Source: Trichodesmium erythraeum IMS101 (lineage in GTDB: Bacteria > Cyanobacteriota > Cyanobacteriia > Cyanobacteriales > Microcoleaceae). From it: 32,000 nt of DNA. Below the pieces are notes generated by a model. That model did not search any database and was not told the DNA's origin. It was given only the letters and a program-made list of their open reading frames with translations. A program made the position numbers and the translations under genes. Where the stretch lies: positions 5,280,001 to 5,312,000 of the forward strand of contig NC_008312.1 in assembly GCF_000014265.1 (NCBI RefSeq), written 5' to 3'. Shown in pieces: positions 16,071-25,871 of this stretch (positions are counted from its first letter, which is position 1; each line of letters begins with the position of its first letter).

Positions 16071-16619
16071 TTTTCAATATTGACCCTATTTAATACAACT
16101 TGCCTTGGCAGTAAGTAAAAAAAAACTGATGACTAAAATATTATCCTTATTTTTTAATTCAGTCAACACTCAAAACTATAAGTATAGCTACCAAATTTAT
16201 CCCTTATTTAGCAATAGCTGTAACTAAAAAAAATACCCTGTCAAACTAAGCAGATTTGATATAATTTTAGTATGAAAATTAGTCAGATCTTTCATGGCAA
16301 AACTTATGAGTTATACCAAATATGAAAAAGAATATTGTAAATAGTAATAAACTATAATATATATACTTTATATGTAAAATAATTTTCATTATTGAGGGGG
16401 ATCAAAGCCTTAAGCAAAACAAATCTTAATACATGAACAGGGGACTCCCACTAAAGGAAAGTTAACTTCTCTGAAATAGTATTAGTCCGCTCAAATCTTA
16501 AACCTTTGAAAAATACAGTTAAAATAAAAGCATAAAGTCTATACCTCTTCCTGATCAAAAACAGAAAGGGAGAAAGATTGTATAATATAACCTTTGTAAA
16601 GTCAAGAAAATAAATTTTA

Positions 16620-19337
16620 GTGTCATACTCAACCCAGAACAGCCAAGAGCTGGCTCTGAAGACCTTATTTCCATTTCAATTAGATGAATTCCAGAAACAA
16701 GCGATCGCTGCCCTAAACGCTGGAAAATCAGTAGTCGTTTGTGCCCCCACAGGTTCAGGCAAAACCCTAATTGGAGAATATGCCATTTACCGGGCCTTAA
16801 GTCGTGGACAACGAGTATTCTATACCACACCTCTCAAAGCCCTATCAAACCAGAAATTGCGGGACTTCCGCAAATTATTTGGGCCAGAAAAAGTGGGCTT
16901 AGTGACAGGAGATACATCCGTCAACCGGGAAGCATCAGTTCTAGTGATGACTACAGAAATATTCCGCAATATGCTCTATGGTACTCACATTGGAGAAGTA
17001 GGCGCATCCTTAGAAAAAGTAGAAGCAGTAGTTTTAGACGAATGCCACTACATGAATGATCGCCAGCGAGGCACGGTCTGGGAAGAATCAATAATTTACT
17101 GCCCGCCAGAAATCCAACTATTAGCCCTCTCCGCTACAGTAGCTAATAGCGATCAACTCACAGACTGGATTCTCAGAGTACATGGGCCGACGGAATTAAT
17201 TTACTCTGATTTTCGACCAGTCCCTCTGAAATTTAATTTCTCCAATAGTAAAGGCTTATTTTCTTTACTCAATAGTAATCAAAAAAGAATCAATCCTCAA
17301 CTTAAGCCTAAAAGTAGACAACCAAAAACAGACAAAAAAGATAAAAAAGAAGAACCAGCCCTATCAACAGTATTATCTCAGCTCCAAGAGCGAGATATGT
17401 TACCAGCCATCTACTTCATATTCAGCCGTAGAGGATGCGCTCGTGCTGTAGCAGAAATAGCACAACTGAGCAATCTCACCTTAGTGAACCCAGAAGAAGC
17501 GGCTAAACTACAAAAACTAGTTCAGAAATTTCTCCAGCGCAACCCAGATCTAGGGAAATCTCAACAGTTAGAACCTCTCACTAGAGGAATAGCAGCTCAC
17601 CATGCCGGAATGTTACCAGTCTGGAAAGGATTAGTTGAGGAATTATTTCAGCAAGGTTTAATCAAAGTAGTATTTGCTACCGAAACCTTGGCTGCAGGAA
17701 TAAACATGCCAGCTCGTACAACTGTTATCTCCAGTCTCTCAAAACGCACAGATGATGGGCACCGACTCCTAAAACCATCAGAATTTCTGCAAATGGCAGG
17801 TAGGGCAGGACGACGAGGGATGGATATTCAAGGTTATGTTGTAACTGTACAAACTAGGTTTGAGGGGGTCAAAGAGGCAGCTTATTTGGCAACTTCAGGA
17901 GCTGACCCCCTGGTGAGCCAGTTTACTCCTAGCTATGGTATGGTGCTGAATTTACTACAAACTCATACTTTGCAGGAGGCAAAAGATTTAGTAGAACGTA
18001 GTTTTGGTCAGTATTTGTCTACCCTATCTTTATTGCCAGAGAGAAAAGAAATTGAACTCAAGGAAAAGGAGTTGAAAGCTCTAGAAAATAAACTGGGAAT
18101 TTATGAAGATAATGATTGGATTAATCTTGAACAACTACTGGCTAGTTATGAAAAGTTACGGGGAAAAGTCAAAGAGGAGAAACGACTACTGAGGATTTTG
18201 CAAAGGCAGGCAGAGGAAACTCGAATTAGGGAAATGTCTTTGTCTTTGTCTTTTGCAATTTTGGGAACTGTGCTTAGTTTGAAAGGAAAGCATGTTCCTA
18301 CTGCGAAAAAGTCTACTGCAGAACCTATTCCAGCCGTGTTAGTAGCAAAAGTTCCTGGTTCTGGTCAGTCTTCTTATTCCTTGTGTTTGGGTAAGGATAA
18401 TCGATGGTATATAGTAGGAGCAATGGATGTAATGACTTTGCAGGCGGACTTCCCTCGGTTGGCTGCTGTGGACTACATGGAAGTCCCTGAAGAGATGGGT
18501 TCTCGTTTAGGTCAATGTCGCAAGGGAGATGAAATTTCTCTGGTTTTGGCTCAACAAATTCCAGCGGTACCGCTTCCGGTAGATCCTCCAGAAGTTTTAG
18601 CACAAATGCAGAAACTGGCAATATGTGAAGCAGAAGCTGAGGCACACCCTCTGAAGGAGTGGGGGAACCCTCGTACTCTGATCAAGGGTTGGCGACGGGT
18701 AGAAATGTTGAGGGCTGAAATAGAGGATCGCCAGAGAGAGTTGGAGGATAAGTTAGCACGTCACTGGCAAGAGTTTCTCCATCTAATTGAAATTTTGCAA
18801 TATTTTGGCTGTCTCCATGGGGTCGAGCCGACTGAGGTTGGTCAAGCTTGTGCGGCAATTCGGGGTGATAATGAATTATGGCTTGGTTTGGTCTTGATGT
18901 CTGGATCTTTTGACGAACTTGACCCACACCATTTGGCTACTGCTTGTGCTGGTCTGGTGACAGAGATTACTAGACCTGATAGTTGGACTCGTTATGAGTT
19001 GTCTGTTGAGGTGAAGGAGGCAATGGCAAGTTTGCGCAATTTACGACATCAGTTATTTCAGGTGCAGCATCGGCATCAGGTGGCTTTGCCTGTCTGGTTG
19101 GAGCGGGATTTGATTGCTTTGGTTGAACAGTGGGCTTTGGGAGTGGAATGGGAGGAGCTAGTAAACAATGCAAGTCTTGATGAGGGTGATGTTGTCCGGA
19201 TGTTACGTCGGACTTTGGATTTTTTGTCTCAGATTCCTCATGTGCCTTGTTTGTCGGATGCTTTACGACGGAATGCTCATCGTGCTATGCAGTTGATTGA
19301 TCGTTTCCCTGTGAATGAAGTGGTTGAACCAGAATAA
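16620..19337 (+). CDS. Ski2-like / HelY-type DEAD/DEAH-box (superfamily 2) RNA helicase with a DSHCT-like C-terminal domain
   Basis: 905-aa ORF with motif I CAPTGSGKT, motif II VLDECHYM, motif III LSATV, motif VI QMAGRAGRRG, and a C-terminal LDEGDVVRMLRRTLDFLSQI block typical of DSHCT. The only possible start is GTG at 16620, immediately after an in-frame TAG. Confidence 0.9.
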   Translation: MSYSTQNSQELALKTLFPFQLDEFQKQAIAALNAGKSVVVCAPTGSGKTLIGEYAIYRALSRGQRVFYTTPLKALSNQKLRDFRKLFGPEKVGLVTGDTSVNREASVLVMTTEIFRNMLYGTHIGEVGASLEKVEAVVLDECHYMNDRQRGTVWEESIIYCPPEIQLLALSATVANSDQLTDWILRVHGPTELIYSDFRPVPLKFNFSNSKGLFSLLNSNQKRINPQLKPKSRQPKTDKKDKKEEPALSTVLSQLQERDMLPAIYFIFSRRGCARAVAEIAQLSNLTLVNPEEAAKLQKLVQKFLQRNPDLGKSQQLEPLTRGIAAHHAGMLPVWKGLVEELFQQGLIKVVFATETLAAGINMPARTTVISSLSKRTDDGHRLLKPSEFLQMAGRAGRRGMDIQGYVVTVQTRFEGVKEAAYLATSGADPLVSQFTPSYGMVLNLLQTHTLQEAKDLVERSFGQYLSTLSLLPERKEIELKEKELKALENKLGIYEDNDWINLEQLLASYEKLRGKVKEEKRLLRILQRQAEETRIREMSLSLSFAILGTVLSLKGKHVPTAKKSTAEPIPAVLVAKVPGSGQSSYSLCLGKDNRWYIVGAMDVMTLQADFPRLAAVDYMEVPEEMGSRLGQCRKGDEISLVLAQQIPAVPLPVDPPEVLAQMQKLAICEAEAEAHPLKEWGNPRTLIKGWRRVEMLRAEIEDRQRELEDKLARHWQEFLHLIEILQYFGCLHGVEPTEVGQACAAIRGDNELWLGLVLMSGSFDELDPHHLATACAGLVTEITRPDSWTRYELSVEVKEAMASLRNLRHQLFQVQHRHQVALPVWLERDLIALVEQWALGVEWEELVNNASLDEGDVVRMLRRTLDFLSQIPHVPCLSDALRRNAHRAMQLIDRFPVNEVVEPE

Positions 19338-19485
19338 TGATTTGACTTTTCTAGGGTTACAATATCCTAGATTTTTAGCTAATATCATTATTCTAAATAT
19401 GTTTGATTTTTTATGAGGTTTCTCCTGCAAATTCTCTTTAATTCAATCTTTATACTGTTTTTCCAATTTTGCTGTTTTTGCAGAC

Positions 19486-20740
19486 TTGAATAAAAAGTCA
19501 TGTCTATGGGCAAGTTATCCCCATTAATTACATAATACCATGGCTTTGAGGGGGATGCAAGAGAAATATCTGTAGTTTTTTGGAGCTTCACAGAATGCAA
19601 AAGTAGATTAATCATCCCCAGATGAATTCTTGGTTTAGATAAAAAAAATGGGTGTTTTACCAATTTATGGTGTTTTTTTTGATGAGCGATCGCTTCATCT
19701 AAAATCAGAAGTTTTGAGTTAGCCAAAACTTAGCCGAGGAAAGCCCAGTTTAAAATTTATTCTATTTGAATAAAAAGTCATGTCTATGGGCAAGTTATCC
19801 CCATTAATTACATAATACCATGGCTTTGAGGGGGATGCAAGAGAAATATCTGTAGTTTTTTGGAGCTTCACAGAATGCAAAAGTAGATTAATCATCCCCA
19901 GATGAATTCTTGGTTTAGATAAAAAAAAATGGGTGTTTTACCAATTTATGGTGTTTTTTTTGATGAGCGATCGCTTCATCTAAAATCAGAAGTTTTGAGT
20001 TAGCCAAAACTTAGCCGAGGAAAGCCCAGTTTAAAATTTATTCTATTTGAATAAAAAGTCATGTCTATGGGCAAGTTATCCCCATTAATTACATAATACC
20101 ATGGCTTTAAGGGGGATGCAAGAGAAATATCTGTAGTTTTTTTGGAGCTTCACAGAATGCAAAAGTAGATTAATCATCCCCAGATGAATTCTTGGTTTAG
20201 ATAAAAAAAATGGGTGTTTTACCAATTTATGGTGTTTTTTTTGATGAGCGATCGCTTCATCTAAAATCAGAAGTTTTGAGTTAGCCAAAACTTAGCCGAG
20301 GAAAGCCCAGTTTAAAATTTATTCTATTTGAATAAAAAGTCATGTCTATGGGCAAGTTATCCCCATTAATTACATAATACCATGGCTTTGAGGCGGATGC
20401 AAGAGAAATATCTGTAGTTTTTTTGGAGCTTCACAGAATGCAAAAGTAGATTAATCATCCCCAGATGAATTCTTGGTTTAGATAAAAAAAATGGGTGTTT
20501 TACCAATTTATGGTGTTTTTTTTGATGAGCGATCGCTTCATCTAAAATCAGAAGTTTTGAGTTAGCCAAAACTTAGCCGAGGAAAGCCCTGTTTAAAATT
20601 TATTCTATTTGAATAAAAAGTCATGTTTAGGGGCAAGTTACCCCCATTAATTACACAATATCATGGTTTTGAGGGGGATGCAAGGGGAAGACCTGTAGTT
20701 TTTTTTGGAGCTTCACAGAATGAAAAGTAGATTAGATCAT
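19486..20740. repeat. tandem array of a 280-281 bp unit: 4 near-identical full copies plus 1 truncated, diverged copy; apparently non-coding
   Basis: The unit start ttgaataaaaagtcatgtctatggg occurs at 19486, 19766, 20047, 20328 and 20609 (the last diverged: ...gtcatgtttagggg). Copies differ by a few substitutions and by homopolymer-length changes. Confidence 0.95.
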
Positions 20741-20756
20741 TTGATTAGTTTTTTAA

Positions 20757-20784
20757 CCTGACACTTGATATCTGATACCTAATA
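20757..20784. repeat. heptanucleotide (STRR-like) tandem repeat cctgaca/cttgata/tctgata/cctaata
   Basis: Four consecutive 7-mers read directly. They belong to the same family as the array at 27266-27295. Confidence 0.7.
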
Positions 20785-21466
20785 CTTTTACATAGTACAT
20801 TTCTTCTATTATACTTACAATGTCATGTCAATTTTTTTGTCAACCCCTTTTTCTGTTATCAATTAACAGTAATTAGTTGACATAGAAATTTCACTTCTGA
20901 CTTCTGATTATGGGAAATATCTTAATGCTAATTCCTCCTTTAAAGACTATGAATCTAATAGGCGATAGCTGACTGCTGTTTGAGCATAATTGCTCAGTAA
21001 ATGCCGACAAAATTATTATAAATAATCTTTAATTTTTATTTTATAAGTTAGCTAAGTTTTATTGACATCAAGTCATTGAGATTTTACGATTTTTTTTTCT
21101 GTACCTATAGATACTAAAAAAAATGATCAAAATTATAATTATCAAATAAATTTGAAATCTCATGAAATATTTCCCCATGGCTAACTACAGAAGTTAAAAA
21201 CTTGTACATAATTTTACAATATTCTACATAATTAGATATTAATTGTGAGATTATATCAACTGGGAAAACTATGTACAGAAACTAAATTTTTGTTGTGACT
21301 AATTGTGAGAGGAGTGAGAATGTTTTAATAGTAATGGCGAGTGCTATATAACCTATTCTTGAATCTGAGAAAAGGTCAGTTAAAGGAGACAACTAGAAAT
21401 TACGAGAATTATTAATAGTTTTTAATATTTAGTTGTTAATTGAATTTAATATCATAGTGAGGAGTC

Positions 21467-24400
21467 ATGAATCAACAAAAACAAAAAAAAGCTTTGTCTA
21501 AAAAAAATTTACTACTTCTACCAAGTTTGTTAGGTGCATTACTAAGTTTAATGGTACTGTTACCAAAAGCTGGTAGAGCTAGTGTTTTATTAGGGATAAT
21601 TCGAGACTTCCAGAATACAGATGAATGGAATCAAGTTATTAGACGAATAGATGCTCTCGGTATTAGTTATGAACCAATTGATTTAAGACAAATAAAAACA
21701 GTAGATGAGCTATCTGGGGTAAGGGTGATCTTTTTACCAAATATTGAAGTTTTAACTGAACCTCAAGTACAAATTATTGAAGAGTGGGTGAAGGGTGGAG
21801 GAAAATTAATAGCTAGTGGTCAAATAGGTCAAAAATCTCAGTTAGGAGTAAGGCAAAAGTTGCGATCGCTACTTGGTTCTTACTGGGCTTTTCCTCTAAG
21901 TCAACCGACAATACCAGAACCCAAATATCGTTGTTTAGATCTAACTTGTACAAAATCTACAAATTGGGCACCAAAAACCAATAATGTAGGTACAGTCACA
22001 GGTGGAATATTAATTCCAGCCGGTTTAAATAGCACAACTGCAGCTACTTGGAAGGGAACTTCTGGTTCTTCAGCAGTAGTAATTACTCCTCAAGTTACTT
22101 ATTTGGGTTGGCATTGGGGAAATACTGAATCTGCTGCTGTGGATAGTATTTGGTTGCAGGCTATTTTGAATCGTTATCAAGGTCAACCAGAATTTAGTGC
22201 CAGAAATAATAATATTTTTTCTTTAGAAAATAATAGACGGAGTGTATCTGATGCTAATAACTCCAACCCGGTAAAAATTCACCCAAGAAGTAACCCTTCG
22301 CCGAGTTCAAGGAAGGAAAGTGTGAGTCCAGTTAGAGTTCAACCTAAAAGGAATTCTGTAAATACTGGGGAAAATTCAAATATAAATCCAACTGCTCCTA
22401 TAGCTGAAAATTCAATTGTAAATGAAGATAATATTTGGCTGAGAAGGCAGGAAAAGAAGAGCGGTACTGAAAACGAACCAGAAAATTTGATTCAAGCAAG
22501 GGAAGAATTAGGTAGCCAAAATAGTAATTTAGGATCAAAAATAACAACGGTTCCTGAAAGTGAAATTGTTGGTGGGAAAGATACTGCTGTTAGTGAGTCT
22601 GAAAATTCAACTACAGAGACTACTAATAATAGAGGTAGGAATATTTGGCAAAGGCTCCAACAAGAAAAAGAAGAACAAAATCAGGCTAGTGAAGTTGTTG
22701 GTGAGAAAGATCAAGTTATTGACTCAAGTACTAACTCTACTCTACAAAATAATAATAGGGGGAGTATTTGGAACCGGACTCAAGAAGAAACAAAAACAAG
22801 GGCATCATCTTCTCGCCGTCATCCTATAATGCGCTTACTCAGGTCTCTACCACCAATAGAAGTACCAAGTGCTCAAAGAGACCCTTCATCAGGATCAGCA
22901 TCTCCTGGTTTAGATATTCGACAAGGAAATTATCCAATTAGCAGGGCGAAAGCTTATGCCATGTTAGAGGAATTAAATAATCTCCTTGGTAGATTTGAAA
23001 GCGCATTGATAGCAGCTAAATCTGCAAATGTAAAAGTTGATCTGGCAGCAGATGATGTGAGTTTGTTGGCTGCGAGTACTGGCAATGCTAGGTTTATTGC
23101 TCAAAGAAATCAAAAAATTAGGGGTGGTCAACAAGTTATTGTTAAAGTGCGTCAGGTAATTCAAAATTTTCCCCAACAGGTAAAAGCTAAACAATACGCT
23201 GCTGCGAGAAACCAATGGCTACAAGCAAGGCAAATGTTGTGGAATAACTACCCGACTGATGGTCAAAGAGCGGGAGCTGAGATTCGAGCTGTTTGGTTAG
23301 ACCGGGGAACAATTGTGAGGGCGAGGTCTGAAAGAGGTTTGGCTGGGGTATTTAACCGACTTGCTGCTGCTGGTATTAATACTGTTTTCTTTGAAACCAT
23401 TAATGCTGGTTATACGATTTATCCTAGTAATGTTGCTCCAAGACAAAATCCTTTGACAACTTCTTGGGATCCTCTGAAGGCGGCGGTGAAGTTAGCCCAC
23501 GAAAGGAATATGGAGTTACACCCTTGGATTTGGGCGTTTGCAGTGGGGAACAAAGCTCATAACCAGGCTCTTGGTCAAGGAGATAGTTATTTGGGTCCGG
23601 TAATTTCGGCTCATCCTAGTTGGGTGATGACTGATAAAAGGGGTCGCAAAAGACATCCTTTAGATGGCAAGGTTTATATGGATCCTGCGAATCCTGAGGT
23701 GAGGCAATATTTGCTGAATATAATAGATGAAATTGCTAGTCGGTATGAGGTTGATGGGATTCACCTTGACTATATTCGCTATCCTTTTCAAAATCCTGAA
23801 CGGAATTTTTCTTATGGTTATAGTACAATAGCGCGTAATCAGTTTCGGCAGTTGTATGGGATAGATCCGATGAAGATTTCGTCACGGGATCGCCAGAATT
23901 TGTGGAGGTGGACTGAGTTTAAGATTAACCAAGTTAATAGTTTTGTTGCTAATACTTCTAGTTTTCTCAAAAAGAAGTATCCAAGGTTAATTTTTTCGGT
24001 AGCGGTGTTTCCTTTTCCTCGTCATCAACGCTTTGATCAAATTCAGCAAGACTGGGAAAGTTGGGTTATGAATGAGGATATTGATTTGTTGACTCCTATG
24101 ACTTACGCTTTAGATACAAATCGTTTTCAGCGAATAACTCAACCGCTGACAAATACTGGAGTGTTAGGTAGTACTTTGATAACGCCGGCGGTTAAGCTTT
24201 TGAATATTCCTGAAATTGTAGCAGTAGACCAAATTCAAGCAGCTCGAGATTTACCTACTGGGGGTTATATTATTTTTGCGGCGGAAAGAATTACTGGTGG
24301 TTTCCATGGATTTTTAACTCGTACTCAAGGTGGGGTAGAAATGGATAATACTAGAAGAGCTTCATTAAATACTTTTGGTAAAACAGCTAAAGTTGTGGAG

Positions 24401-24766
24401 GGTGTAATTCCTTACCGTCAACCATTTATTGCTGCTGCAGATCGTTTTCAAGCTTTGAAAAAAGAATGGAGTTTTTTGTTGGGAAATGAGCAACTTTTCC
24501 TGAGGGAGCTTCAGCTTGAGAGTTGGGGTAATGAGGTAGGGGAGTTAGCAACAGCTTTGGAAAATTTGGCTGATAGTCCTGATCATAGTAATTTTAATAT
24601 TGCTAAGAGAAAGCTGAGGAAATTCCAGTTAAAATTTAGAAGTAATATGAGTGATCATGCTAGGCAAAATGCTTATCAAGTTCAGACTTGGCAAAATCGT
24701 TTGACAGCTTTGGAGATGTTGTTAAATTATGGGGAAAGGGTCAAGTTAAATGATCAGAGGTTTTAA
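21467..24766 (+). CDS. secreted glycoside-hydrolase-like family 10 (GHL10 / DUF187) protein with an N-terminal domain and a long low-complexity linker
   Basis: 1,099-aa ORF with a gaggag Shine-Dalgarno sequence before the ATG and a signal-peptide-like N-terminus (KKNLLLLPSLLGALLSLMVLLPKAGRA). The C-terminal half reads AVWLDRGTI...INTVFFETINAGYTIYPS...WDPLKAAVKLAHERNMELHPWIW...YMDPANPEVRQYLLNIIDEIASRYEVDGIHLDYIRYP, which is characteristic of GHL10. Confidence 0.8.
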   Translation: MNQQKQKKALSKKNLLLLPSLLGALLSLMVLLPKAGRASVLLGIIRDFQNTDEWNQVIRRIDALGISYEPIDLRQIKTVDELSGVRVIFLPNIEVLTEPQVQIIEEWVKGGGKLIASGQIGQKSQLGVRQKLRSLLGSYWAFPLSQPTIPEPKYRCLDLTCTKSTNWAPKTNNVGTVTGGILIPAGLNSTTAATWKGTSGSSAVVITPQVTYLGWHWGNTESAAVDSIWLQAILNRYQGQPEFSARNNNIFSLENNRRSVSDANNSNPVKIHPRSNPSPSSRKESVSPVRVQPKRNSVNTGENSNINPTAPIAENSIVNEDNIWLRRQEKKSGTENEPENLIQAREELGSQNSNLGSKITTVPESEIVGGKDTAVSESENSTTETTNNRGRNIWQRLQQEKEEQNQASEVVGEKDQVIDSSTNSTLQNNNRGSIWNRTQEETKTRASSSRRHPIMRLLRSLPPIEVPSAQRDPSSGSASPGLDIRQGNYPISRAKAYAMLEELNNLLGRFESALIAAKSANVKVDLAADDVSLLAASTGNARFIAQRNQKIRGGQQVIVKVRQVIQNFPQQVKAKQYAAARNQWLQARQMLWNNYPTDGQRAGAEIRAVWLDRGTIVRARSERGLAGVFNRLAAAGINTVFFETINAGYTIYPSNVAPRQNPLTTSWDPLKAAVKLAHERNMELHPWIWAFAVGNKAHNQALGQGDSYLGPVISAHPSWVMTDKRGRKRHPLDGKVYMDPANPEVRQYLLNIIDEIASRYEVDGIHLDYIRYPFQNPERNFSYGYSTIARNQFRQLYGIDPMKISSRDRQNLWRWTEFKINQVNSFVANTSSFLKKKYPRLIFSVAVFPFPRHQRFDQIQQDWESWVMNEDIDLLTPMTYALDTNRFQRITQPLTNTGVLGSTLITPAVKLLNIPEIVAVDQIQAARDLPTGGYIIFAAERITGGFHGFLTRTQGGVEMDNTRRASLNTFGKTAKVVEGVIPYRQPFIAAADRFQALKKEWSFLLGNEQLFLRELQLESWGNEVGELATALENLADSPDHSNFNIAKRKLRKFQLKFRSNMSDHARQNAYQVQTWQNRLTALEMLLNYGERVKLNDQRF

Positions 24767-25022
24767 CTAGAAGGTAAGTCAGGGTGATCGTTATACTAAG
24801 GGCGATGATTTTTTTAGATGCTCCTGCTCATGGGAGCATTAGAGGTGAGTCTTATACTGATAAAGTCAGACAAACATTTATTCAATTGGTATAATTTTTC
24901 CTGTTTCTGGTTTTTTGTCTATTTGCTTTGCCGGTCTACCTTGTCTTACCCTATTATCCGTGTCAAAACCTATCTTTATGAGGCTCCCTAGTGAATTGGG
25001 AGCATCTTGTTCCTTTGAAAAA

Positions 25023-25634
25023 TTATTCTTTCCTGACTTTTTCTGGTATTCCTACTGGAGATAAACCAGCGATCGCTTTTAAGTTTTGATACCTAATTAA
25101 TTCAGTGAAATTAAAACTATTGCGCCCTTCAAGTTTAGCAACATTTTCCATTCCGTGTAATAAATGATTAGCTGCTAATGGTGCTTCATAACCCCGTCTA
25201 GTTGCTACTCGAACTGCCATTTCATCTGCTGCTAGTTCTGTTTTTGTGCTATGGTTTCTTTGCCAAATTCTCATTAAACCAATTGTGGTTAGACTACTAG
25301 CAACTAAGAGCCCAAACACGTCTGCTTCTGTTAATTGAGAAAATATTCCTACTAACCCTACTCCAAAAATACCTTGATTTATGTTAGGTTTAAACCATTG
25401 AATTTCACATAACCAACTTACAGTTCGTAACATAACTAAATCTCTTTGTGCTTTGGGTAAATTCATCCATAAATCAAAGTTTAAATATATGACCCGATTA
25501 TTTTTCCAAGGTACGGGAAACGTTGTTTGAATAATTGTAGTTTGCTCTGGTTTTCCGACTATTTTTGTCATCATGCGACCAGAAGCAGGCATTAGATCTA
25601 ATAAACGACTAGTTTCAAAAAGTTCAGAGTTCAT
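25023..25634 (-). CDS. conserved cyanobacterial hypothetical protein, DUF3318-like (family name recalled from memory)
   Basis: 203-aa ATG ORF: MNSELFETSRLLDLMPASGRMMTKIVGKPEQ...IYLNFDLWMNLPKAQRDLVMLRTVSWL, followed by two hydrophobic segments. Confidence 0.6.
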   Translation of the reverse strand: MNSELFETSRLLDLMPASGRMMTKIVGKPEQTTIIQTTFPVPWKNNRVIYLNFDLWMNLPKAQRDLVMLRTVSWLCEIQWFKPNINQGIFGVGLVGIFSQLTEADVFGLLVASSLTTIGLMRIWQRNHSTKTELAADEMAVRVATRRGYEAPLAANHLLHGMENVAKLEGRNSFNFTELIRYQNLKAIAGLSPVGIPEKVRKE

Positions 25635-25871
25635 ATTTTAATTACCTTTAAAGTATTATATAGCTTTAAGCTTTAAGTATTGAGTTATCAGCTTAAGTTA
25701 AGCCAGGTTCAAATTATTGATTATAAGTTATACAGAATTTTAACTATATCAATGTTCTAACACTTTGTTTGTAGTGTCATACAGGATTAATCAAAAATTT
25801 GCTATAAATAATTTATTAAATTTGTTCAACAATGTCTGAAGGTAAGTTTAATTATTAACTATTAATTAGTT

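Noticed and set aside
16555-19173. Overlapping or antisense ORFs within the helicase gene (16555..16830, 16739..17059, 18325..18645, 18682..18927, 18970..19173)
   Set aside because: The helicase frame carries all SF2 motifs. These ORFs have no motifs and sit in alternative frames.
19388-20569. Repeated 67-112 aa minus-strand ORFs (MANSKLLILDEAIAHQKKHH...) in the 281-bp tandem units; LLILDEA resembles a Walker-B motif
   Set aside because: They are TTG-initiated. Frame and length change between nearly identical units because of homopolymer indels: 112 aa, absent from the ORF track in copy 2, then 67 aa twice. No Walker A or other supporting motif is present. I treat the array as non-coding.
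19486-20740. Possible CRISPR array
   Set aside because: The units are 280-281 bp and directly abutting, with no unique spacers, and no cas genes are in the window. This is a plain tandem repeat.
21062-21090. 15-nt match aagtcattgagattt shared with 27194-27208, and a ttgaca-N17-tacgat promoter-like pair
   Set aside because: By rough estimate, a 15-nt exact match within 32 kb of AT-rich DNA is about what chance predicts. The promoter-like hexamers are about 400 nt from the nearest start codon.
22560-23215. ORFs 22560..22829 (+, off-frame) and 22973..23215 (-) within the GHL10 gene
   Set aside because: They sit in the low-complexity linker of a confident ORF. Their translations are K/L/I-rich with no motifs.
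24818-25003. Two hairpins (atgctcc-N8-ggagcat at 24818-24839; gctccc-N9-gggagc at 24983-25003) as terminators between convergent genes
   Set aside because: The stems are real, but neither is followed by a U-run on either strand, so I cannot support an intrinsic-terminator call.
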